Shown here: in pieces, positions 54,067 to 64,000 of the stretch
Layout: each line of letters opens with the position of its first letter
Position numbering within the stretch: the stretch's first letter is position 1
NCBI GenBank assembly: GCA_051362555.1
Contig: CM120648.1
Coordinates: 12,520,587-12,584,586, forward strand
DNA length: 64,000 bases
Reading direction: 5' to 3'
From: Lingula anatina
Taxonomy: Eukaryota; Animalia; Brachiopoda
The notes under the pieces: model-generated
What the model was told of the DNA's origin: nothing
The model's database searches: none
The model's input: only the letters and a program-made list of their open reading frames with translations
Made by a program: the position numbers and the translations under genes

Positions 54067-55449
54067 CAGAGATGCCTATCGTTACGATTTGGCCGTATTT
54101 TGTACGGATTTGACAATAAAATACGATGTTACGGAAGAATAGTTTTGAAATACGTTTTATTAGGGTATATTTAATATAACCATTGATTGAATTGTTTGTT
54201 TTTGTTTATACCGTAGTAAGTAGAGTCCACAATACAATAGCGGAAGTGTCGTATCTAACTATCCAATCATGTCTAGTGTAAGTAACCTATGTAGGGACTG
54301 ACGCATGCGTATTGAAAAGATCACCAGTTTCATTCTGCTACACACGTGTTGTCAGAAATGGCGGAGAAGCGTAAAGGCGAAGAAAATGACAAAAGCGCGA
54401 AGAAACGGAGCCAAAACTTTATCCCCAGCTACACATTACAGTGGCCTTGCTTAAAGGCAAGCAAACAAGGCAGTTGTCATACGTATTGCGAAGTGTGCCG
54501 CTTGGACATTTCCATCGCGCACGGTGGCCGGGATGACTGCCGCCGACATGTGCAGTCGAAGAAACACGCTGAATATGCCAAGTTGGCGAAGGCCGCAGTC
54601 AGCTCAAACATGAGCAAGTTCTTACAAAAGACGACTCAACTGAAATATAATGTGATTGATGCGGAGGTTGCCTTCGTCGATCTCTGTGTGGAACAAAATC
54701 TCCCATTTTCAATTATGGACAAAATAACAGCCATATGTAAAACCAAGTTCAGTGACTCTGAAATCGCCAAATCGTTTGCATGCGGGCGCTCAAAAAACAA
54801 ATCAAGATCAGGGAATGCTGGGGCCAGGAGTTACACCAGGAAACAACTAGATAGCTTTAAATCCTGTTATGTTCAATCACTCAGTAAGCATGTGTAGAGA
54901 AATAAACAATAGGGAAACCTCTAGGAGTGTGATCATGCTTTAGTTTTAGAAACTAGTGCATCATACAGTTGCTAGCACAGGACAATTTAATTTCTACACA
55001 TTTAGACTTTGCAAATATTTCATTCTATGAATTGTCTTGTAGAAAATCTTTAACTTAATTTTCTATAGTAAATCATTTATCTTAAAAAAGTTACCAATTG
55101 ATAAACGAAGTGACAAGTTGGACGAACTATAAAGCTGTGGTTTTATTAACAACTTTTTACAGTGAATGTGTAATTTGTTAAATCATACAATGAATTTAAT
55201 CTGTGAATAATAAAATTGTGTATCAATAAATTCTGATGAAATAAATAATGATTATCCTAAACTTTTTACCATTTCATTCATTGTTTTTTCATAAATAAGG
55301 AAAAATAAAAAAATAAGGTAGTGCTTAATAACATTTAATGATTTAAATAAGGTGTTGATTAATTGGATTTGTGTTACTGAAAGTTATTAGAAAATACTGA
55401 AAATTTTACCAAAAGTCCTGATTTTAACATTTTTAGGTAGGCATCTCTG
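54067..55449 (+). mobile_element. Internally deleted hAT-like transposon, 6-bp TSD ATAGTA
   Basis: CAGAGATGCCTA ... TAGGCATCTCTG; ORF 54346-54897 with YCEVC…HGG..D…H…KKH and NLPFS…D…F.DSEIAKSF.CGRSK; empty site near 39278. Confidence 0.88.
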
Positions 55450-55521
55450 ATAGTAGTAAACAATAAAAAGAAAATGCCAATGACAAAGCTGCACCAGGTC
55501 TTTGTGTGAGAAACATCTTAA

Positions 55522-57668
55522 CCCTCAATCACCTTTCAGGGGCCTCGCAGGCCCGGACCCATGTATCTTTTGCTCTCTCTTCGTTCGCATGAGGTTTTGA
55601 GCCTATTCCTTTCATGTAATCCTCAAGCAACTTATACCCCATCAGTGGATAAATAATTAGTTTTGAAATAATTTTCAACATATGTAGAAATTAACTTTTC
55701 CAAAAGTTAGTCCCATTTCCTGGAAACCGGGCCTCTTAGGCCCGGTCGCTTGATAATTTTACTTCCACATGGGATAAATAAGTCCATGTTACCTCAAATA
55801 GCTTTGCTATAAAATGTTTTACACAAGCAATATCATGTGTGCTATGACTATCAGTATGGTCAATGAAATCTGCCTGTGAAAGATTCAAGACCTGGAGAAA
55901 TTATTATATATGAGTAATCGGTCACCTGATATGCAGATATCAGTTTAAATCTATCATTATTACATACATGATAGACTGCGCTACCTTTGCGAAACTTTCC
56001 ATTTTGAGAAAAAAAAAAATGTTTTTCTGCATTTTCCATACACAGTGTATACTCATGCACCCAGGTGGAGGTAAAGGGAGCAAGGGACTGGTGTAACATG
56101 AAAATCTGACTCCCCCAGTCAGATTTTCATAATGAAAATCTGAATCCCCATGAAAATTTGACTCCCCCACCACAAATGTTCATAAATCTTATTTTATTTG
56201 AGTATATGACTGTGATATTGTAGTATGTAAAATGGAGGATACTTTGGCACTTTTTTTTAAAGTTTGCAGGTGAATATTTTCATGAAAAAAATATGAAAAT
56301 TAAAAATGTGCACTTAACCGCCCATTGTCTCCCCTTTGAAAAAGCAATTTATTTGATATTGGATGATCATTTCTACATCTTTCCTTTAAATTTACTTTAT
56401 GAAGATTATATTGGAAATATTTGAAAGTTTGATGGTAAACTATTGGGTGAAAAAACTAAAAAAAAACATGAAAAATAGAAAATTTAAAATGTGCATTTTA
56501 TCACCCAATAACTCCCCTATGAAAAAGCTATTTATTTGATATTTGATGATCATTCTGACATCTTTTCTATTAGGATACTTTATGAAAAATATATTGGAAA
56601 TATCTAAAAGTTTGATGATAAAATAGTGAGTAAAAGAATGAAAAATAAATCATGAAAATCTTCATTTTTATACCCATGAGATTTGGATTCCCATAAAGAA
56701 AAGGACCTATTTTATATTCAGTCACCATACCATTGTTTTCTACATAGTTTGCACAGAGATGTACATTTTGTTATTATTTGAATGTTTGGTGGTGAAAATT
56801 TTGGTGAATATTTTTAAAACAAGTATTCTTCTTACTACTTGTAGGTTTTGCACTTCCATGTCAAAATGCTACATTTTTAACTCAAGAAATTGGCCCCATC
56901 GCCTTTTTACTGAATTCTTCTAATATAGCATACCCAGTATTTTACCATTCAAACTTTCAAATATTTCCAATATATTCTTCATTAAGTATCCTTAAAGAAA
57001 AGATGTCAGAATGATCATCAAATATCAAATAGATAGCCTTTTCATAGGGGAGTCATTGGGTGTTAGAATACAAATCTTTAATTTTTCTTATTTTTCATGT
57101 GTTTTTTATTATTTTTTTCACCCAATTTTTTAACCATCAACTTTCAAGTACTTTCAATATATTCCTCATAAAGTGTCCTCAAAGAAAAGATGTCAGAATG
57201 TTCATCAAATAAATAGCTTTTTCATAGGGGGGTCATTGGGTGTTCGAATATAAATCTTTAATTTTTCTTATTTTTTAATGTTTTTTTTTTATTATTTTTT
57301 TTTCAACCAATTTTTTAACCATTAAACTTTCAAGTACTTTCAATATATTCCTCATAAAGTATCCTCAAAGAAAAGATGTTGAAATGGTCATCAAATGTCA
57401 AATAAATAGCTTTTTCATAGGGGAGTCCTTGGGTGGTAAAATACAAATCTTTAATTTTTTTTATTCTTTCATGAAAATTTTCACCTGCAAACTAACAAAA
57501 AGTGCCCATGTGTCCTCCATTATGCATACTACAAGATCATAGTCATTTACTCAAATTAAATTAGATTTTTGAATGTTTTTTGATGGGAATCAGATTTTCA
57601 TGGTTCACCGGGCCTCTGAGGCCCGGTTTCAGGGTTTACGTAGGGTTCCATTTCCTTGTGGATGAGGG
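55522..57668. mobile_element. piggyBac-like non-autonomous transposon
   Basis: TTAA|CCCTCA ... TGAGGG|TTAA; single TTAA at the empty paralogous site (39348-39351); long internal inverted repeats. Confidence 0.88.
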
Positions 57669-60385
57669 TTAAACGCTGTACAGGTATGTTGTTCTCGTGG
57701 AGACGAAGCTGGTTCCAAAAGAAACCTTAATAGTGGTAGTTAAATAAAACCAAGCTGGGTAAGCATTCTGGGCCTGGTTTTATCAAGGCTGGATAGGCTA
57801 TCCTATGGATAATGCTATCCATGGTATAAATCTCTTATCCTCTGGATAGTTATCCTCCGTATAAATTTGTGTTTCTCAAAGGCTGGATAAAAAAGCATGA
57901 TAGTAATCCAGTGGTTAAAAAATTATCCAGTACCATATTTGGAAAAAGACATTCCCATAATGCAGTTGGTTGCTATAAACATTATAAAAGCCATATGACA
58001 AAAAAGTGATCTATACTATATTTGGAAAATAAATTACCCATAATAAACATTAAAAGATGTGTTTTCACTTTGCTGAGTTATTTGAGAACGGGAGTTTCTT
58101 ATCATGGAGTCCCCTATGATAAGGTAGGTTTTCTGTCTGGAGTCTGTGCTAGAGGATGGCAGCTTTGTTTGACGGCTGTGTCCACCGACTGTTCTAGGGG
58201 TTGGCAGCTGTGTTTAATGGCTATGTCCACTGGCTGTTCTGGGGATGACGACTGAGTTTGAGTACTGGGGTTGCCTTCCAAGCTGAGAAAGGCTTTCAAA
58301 ATGTCTTTTTCCTCTATTGCTGCATGTAATTGTTTCCTCAATTAATAAATCTGGCTTTGGTGTTGTTCCTTTTCTTTGATAAGGTTTCCATTTTCTACTT
58401 CTTGAGTTTCTTTTTGCCTTAGTAAATGTAGTAGGGTGACTTGTTTTTGCAGATTGAAGTTGAGCTACATGATGTTCTTTCTTTTTGTAGTTGTTCGTGA
58501 TGTTCATTGATTTTCTTCACTGCTATATGAGGACTGTTTAGTACCAAATCAATATTTTCAATCTCATTTTGTTCAATATTATCAAAATCCATCAAATGTT
58601 CGTGGTCTGATTCACTGAGATCAAGTGAAGCTGGTAGGGGGGGTCAAATTGTCATGGTTGATAGTGGCTTCATAGGTAGATGGTGTTGTTTCCATATCAG
58701 TGTCTCCCCTGGGTAGAAACTCCAGAGGGGGAGAGGCTGGGCAACAAAGGTGGCTGAGATCTGCTTCTAAGTTCTTCACGCACATTTTTTTGTTTGCTCT
58801 GTCTCGTCAACAAGTAATTTGATATTCGGAAAGTCATTTTCTACAAAGTCCACAAATTTGGCACTATTTGCAACAATAATTCCTTTGTTGGTGCAAAAGC
58901 TCAGCACAGCATATGTAATTTCAGTTCCATCTTCCTTTGTGGTCTGCATCTTTAGGTGAAAGCCTCCATCTGTTTTCTGGTATACTGGGTGTGAAGACAA
59001 CTCTTTGTTTTCAAACTTTCTTTGGAAATAAATTTTTGGCAGTATTTTCCCACTGTATCAGTCTTGTAGTATGGAATTTTGCATTGCAAATAATGTCCTC
59101 TTCAAATTCAATATTTTCAGAATTGCATCTAACTTTTCTGTCAAAGTATAGATTCAGGGTTTTGGAGCATATAAGTTTATGTACAGTCTTCTTCTTGTTT
59201 CCTGGAGATTTCGGCATTTGCATTGGTAATGATGGTAAGTCATAAACAAATTCAGGGTTTTGCTTAGATTTCAATGCACGTTTAGGACGGCTGTTAGATC
59301 CCTTTTTTTTTTTTTGCCAAAATTTTCTTTTGGAATATATAAGCTGCTTTTCTTAAGGTTAAATAGGAGTTTCATTGCACTTGAAGAGGTCTAGATCTAG
59401 ACTTTTTGATACACTGCAACCAGCTTAAAATAATCCTTGAAAGTATGAGGGCTGCCATCTTGTTTTTCCAGAACAAAGAGAGTGAAAGATCCACACCAGT
59501 TTTAGTCACTTTTGTCACAATACAGCAAACTACAGCTGAGAGTTTTTACATGTGGATTCCTGGTATGCTTATAGTTTTTTTAGTCATGAAAATATTTCAT
59601 GAAGTTCTCTATATTGTTACCTTTTTGATGTATTTGTAGAGCTTTTCCAAGATCACTGCTAAAATAGGTCAGCTTCACTTTCCTGATCTCCTGCATCATT
59701 ATTAGCAGTTTTTTTCTCCAGGCAAAGGTTGCATAGGTATTGATTTCTCCTTTGTAGCACAGGTTTTTTATGACATCCCTCCTAATGTCATACTGAATGT
59801 TACTTTCTTTTAATTTCCAAGTATATTTAGATAGCTCAGTTTCTACAGCATTTTTTTTATTTGCCCCTAAATGACTTGGTGTGGTTATATATATTACATA
59901 TATATTACACAACTAAAAACTTCTGGTGATTATGCTGTTAATCGTAATGTGTTATTGCAAAAGTGAGAAAAAACTGCAGTGCCACCACAAATTCTATAAA
60001 AGGAAAACCGTTGGTTATTATTTTCTAACTCTAAAGAATGATTCTTAGGATTGTCATACAGCTCAGAATGATTTCAGCTTGATAGATTATTTTTCTTGAA
60101 CCTATATGCAGTTTTTGTAAAATTTTTAATTTTGTCATTCTGGTCTTTTTTATGTATGAATTTGAACTCTTATGGGGGCTGAAGCCTTTTTCTAGTTTCA
60201 TATTCTTAATATCTCTGTTACCTTATGTGTATAAAACCATTATTAAAATTGACAAAATTACCCTTTTTTTGCTTTTGTCTGGTAATTTGCCAGCTTTACT
60301 GCCTTGTTTAACCATCATAACAGTAAGTGATAAAAATTAAGTCTTAAAAGAAAAAAAAGAACCATTCTCTCTTCTTCCTCTCCAG

Positions 60386-60627
60386 GCCACCACCTCCCAG
60401 TCATGGACAACATCCTAGGTATTGGATAGGTCTGCGTGTGAGTTTTACTAATGTTATGTCATGGCAGGACTTCTCTGGAACCAAGTCACCAGTAACGTAC
60501 AGCAACATGTGCCCTACTTGTGTTCACACAGACACAGCTCCCTGTTTCTATTTAGATAGCAGTGTCTCCTTCCAGTGGATAAGGGATGACTGTAATCAAT
60601 ATCTCTTTTATATATGTGAAAAAACAG
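60386..60627 (+). CDS. C-type lectin domain B, exon 2
   Basis: YWIGL…ICEK; phase 2 to 1; indels relative to copy A keep the frame. Confidence 0.9.
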
Positions 60628-61235
60628 GTGGGGCTCAAATTGAAATTTGATTATTATTTGTAATATATTAAAATTTTCATCCATTTTTCTTCTACCATCA
60701 GTCTGTTTTGCATGTATTTGCCCTGATGTTTAGATTATTTTCCTTGGGCTACCCGTAAATATTATCATATTTTAGCTAAGGGGCTTTGTATTTTTGTAAT
60801 CATTTTTACAATCTAGACATTTTGCAGACTCATCCCCACCCCCCCCCACCCCCACCCCAACCACCACCACCACTGCTTCAGAGAGTTACAAGGTGAAAAG
60901 GTAAAAAAGGCTATAATCTTAGTCAACACATCCCTGCTGATGAAGATCATGATTTTAATCATTTTTCCAAATGCTTACAGAGGGAATTTCACCTCCCCCA
61001 GCCCCAACCCCCAATGTAAGGTTGTAGACTTTTGAAAGTTGTGATTAAAATGGATGACCCCTTAGTATTCAAATATTTCTGACTTTTGAAAGAATTTAGT
61101 TAATGAAGAGGAGTGATATTACCACTCCTACTACAGTATCAGGTGTATTCAATGAAACTGGCTGTGTTGGCAGCAGATTGCTTTGTAATTATTTTTATAT
61201 AGCCATCTGTTCTATTGCTGTTTATGTGATTTTAG

Positions 61236-61415
61236 CTCCTACAGGGTGTGAATTTCCCAGCACTCCTCCAAATACTCTGGAATCACTGGGCTGGAACGTG
61301 GTAGGAGACGTAATAAATTACACCTGTCAAACAGGTTACACACTGATATCTGGGAACCTGACGAGGACATGTCTAACTGATGGAAATTGGAGCGGCTCAC
61401 CCCCTATCTGCGACT
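61236..61415 (+). CDS. Sushi/CCP domain exon B
   Basis: Near-identical to 46116-46295. Confidence 0.95.
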
Positions 61416-61623
61416 GTAAGAATATGGTGGAAAACTCCTCCTTTTTTCATAGCACTTTATGTCTGCCAATATAATGTTACATGTGCAAGATTCATTATTT
61501 TGAAATAATATCCATAGTTCAAACATCTGAGAACCATTATATTGAAGGTATGGGTAGTGAAGAATAGTGTTTGGAAATTTGATTGATAACTTTTTACCAA
61601 GTATTATACATTTCTCCATCCAG

Positions 61624-61803
61624 TTGGAGGGAGCTGGCTAGGCTGGGGAGCCTGGAGTAGCTGCTCTGTGACCTGTGGTACAGGAACCTCCTTTAGAAAT
61701 CGTACTTGTCATGATCCAAATCTGCCCAGTGAACTGGCGCTATGTGCTGGTGGAGCCACCAACTCTACCCAGTCACTGTCCTGCTTTGAACAACACTGTC
61801 CAG
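61624..61803 (+). CDS. Thrombospondin type-1 domain exon B
   Basis: Near-identical to 46504-46683. Confidence 0.95.
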
Positions 61804-62060
61804 GTAATTATATTCCACACAGACACTGTCCTGCTTTGAACAACACTGTCCAGGTAATTATATTCCACACAGACACTGTCCTGCTTTGAACAACACTGTC
61901 CAGGTAATTATATTCCACACAGACACTGTCCTGCTTTGAACAACACTGTCCAGGTAATTATATTCAATACAGACACTGTCCTGCTTATAACAACTTTGTC
62001 CAGGTATTTATTCTTCACCCAGAAACTGGCCTGCTTTGAAAAAAATTGCCCAGGTATTTA
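61767..62060 (+). repeat. 50-bp minisatellite (6 copies) spanning the TSP1-B donor
   Basis: Donors at 61804, 61854, 61904, 61954, 62004 and 62054; distal copies more decayed. Confidence 0.93.
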
Positions 62061-62380
62061 GAAATATTGAACCTACTGGTATAATTCTCACATCTTAACT
62101 CACCTTATAAATTGTGGCAAAGTTTTTAATAAAAATTGCATGAAAAACAAATAAACCTACTGGAGCATTTTTACCTTAGTAGAGGATATTAAATGCTAGA
62201 CCTTATTAATGTTTTTATTTATTTAATTTTTTTGCACCAATCTTTTTCTGTGTTTTATTATCCTCTTCATTGACCTTATTCAGCTGGTGGGAAATAACCA
62301 GGAGGCAGCATTGCCTCTCTGATCCACTAGTTTCTGCTGAATCTTGTGACCACACAAGCTACTGTTAAACATTATTACAG

Positions 62381-62507
62381 ATTGCAGCACAATGAACTGC
62401 CTGGGGGCGTGTATAGTCAGAGATCAACACTCCTACTGTCTCTGCCCTGACAGCGTGAAAGATAAAGTTGGCATCTTTGAAGACTCAGCACTATTCATAA
62501 CACAGAG
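62381..62507 (+). CDS. EGF-like exon (DCSTMNCLGACIVRDQHSYCLCPD…ITQ-R), five of six cysteines
   Basis: cag acceptor, AG|gtgact donor; phase 1 to 2; C-x4-C-x3-C-x8-C-x-C spacing. Not in the ORF track. Confidence 0.75.
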
Positions 62508-62778
62508 GTGACTCAATATATTATAACCACTCACAACATAATATTAATTATTGTCTTTTTCCTTACTGCTCTTGAATTATGTGCTGCTTATTTTTAAGTA
62601 ATAGTTTCCTGAATCCTCATTTATATAGAACTTGGCATACTCAATCAACATAATATAGCTTATTGTTAACAAGTTTAAAATGAGTCACGTCATTCAATAG
62701 TTAGATTGTTTTTCCTAGGTAAACTTATATCCTTCTATAAAAATAACTTAGAATTAAAAATATACATTAAATGATTGA

Positions 62779-64000
62779 TCTCTAGATGTACTGGGTAGTG
62801 TAAGCTGTCTGACCCTGGAGCCAGGGTGTCCATACTTAATTGTCCAGTTGTTTCTCTAGGTGTACTGGTCAGTGTAAGCTGTCTGACCCTGGAGCCAGGG
62901 TGTCCATACTTAATTGTCCAGTTGTTTCTCTAGGTGTACTGGTCAGTGTAAGCTGTCTGACCCTGGAGCCAGGGTGTCCATACTTAATTGTCCAGTTGTT
63001 TCTCTAGGTGTACTGGTCAGTGTAAGCTGTCTGACCCTGGAGCCAGTGTGTCCATACTTAATTGTCCAGTTGTTTCTCTAGGTGTACTGGTCAGTGTAAG
63101 CTGTCTGACCCTGGAGCCAAGGTGTCCATACTTAATTGTCCAGTTGTTTCTCTAGGTGTACTGGTCAGTGTAAGCTGTCTGACCCTGGAGCCAGGGTGTC
63201 CATACTTAATTGTCCAGTTGTTTCTCTAGGTGTACTGGTCAGTGTAAGCTGTCTGACCCTGGAGCCAGGGTGTCCATACTTAATTGTCCAGTTGTTTCTC
63301 TAGGTGTACTGGTCAGTGTAAGCTGTCTGACCCTGGAGCCAGGGTGTCCATACTTAATTGTCCAGTTGTTTCTCTAGGTGTACTGGTCAGTGTAAGCTGT
63401 CTGACCCTGGAGCCAGGGTGTCCATACTTGATTGTCCAGTTGTTTCTCTAGGTGTACTGGTCAGTATAAGCTGTCTGACCCTGGAGCCAGGGTGTCCATA
63501 CTTAATTGTCCAGTTGTTTCTCTAGGTGTACTGGTCAGTGTAAGCTGTCTGACCCTGGAGCCAAGGTGTCCATACTTAATTGTCCAGTTGTTTCTCTAGG
63601 TGTACTGGTCAGTTTAAGCTGTCTGACCCTGGAGCCAAGGTGTCCATACTTAATTGTCCAGTTGTTTCTCTAGGTGTACTGGTCAGTGTAAGCTGTCTGA
63701 CCCTGGAGCCAGGGTGTCCATACTTAATTGTCCAGTTGTTTCTCTAGGTGTACTGGTCAGTGTAAGCTGTCTGACCCTGGAGCCAGGGTGTCCATACTTA
63801 ATTGTCCAGTTGTTTCTCTAGGTGTACTGGTCAGTGTAAGCTGTCTGACCCTGGAGCCAAGGTGTCCATACTTAATTGTCCAGTTGTTTCTCTAGGTGTA
63901 CTGGTCAGTTTAAGCTGTCTGACCCTGGAGCCAAGGTGTCCATACTTAATTGTCCAGTTGTTTCTCTAGGTGTACTGGTCAGTGTAAGCTGTCTGACCCT
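62779..64000 (+). repeat. 74-bp minisatellite (at least 17 copies, runs off the window) containing acceptor and donor motifs
   Basis: Unit GTGTACTGGTCAGTGTAAGCTGTCTGACCCTGGAGCCAGGGTGTCCATACTTAATTGTCCAGTTGTTTCTCTAG; starts at 62786, 62860, … 63970. Confidence 0.97.

Larger units (their letters stand above)
47833..62060 (+). repeat. Segmental duplicate (copy B) of 24450-25199 plus 38151-47033 (copy A)
   Basis: Collinear high-identity exons, introns and shared TEs, with copy-specific insertions and deletions. Confidence 0.92.

Noticed and set aside
62779-64000. CRISPR array (also considered for the 50-, 71- and 146-bp arrays)
   Set aside because: Units are head-to-tail with no unique spacers; the context is eukaryotic and there are no cas genes.

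Overview
AT-rich, intron-rich eukaryotic (invertebrate, probably lophotrochozoan; inference) genomic DNA. Most listed ORFs are spurious or transposon remnants. Two spliced genes can be rebuilt on the + strand with fully consistent GT-AG sites and phases. (1) The 3' part of a polycystin-1-like (PKD1L/PKDREJ-type) channel-receptor: 8 exons, 2074-13156. (2) A gene for an extracellular multidomain protein, [C-type lectin - Sushi - TSP1]x2 - EGF-like, from 38270 to beyond the window, created by a recent segmental duplication whose two lectin domains differ in clustered replacements. The introns are packed with nested DNA transposons (Kolobok-, Harbinger-, P-, hAT- and piggyBac-like, a RecQ-fragment element, Helentron/HINE elements with 146-bp satellites) and LINE/Penelope remnants. 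The most striking pattern is that five splice junctions in both genes are themselves tandemly amplified (71-, 70-, 50-, 50- and 74-bp units), giving arrays of decoy splice sites. The 74-bp unit reads as a complete micro-exon plus mini-intron repeated at least 17 times.
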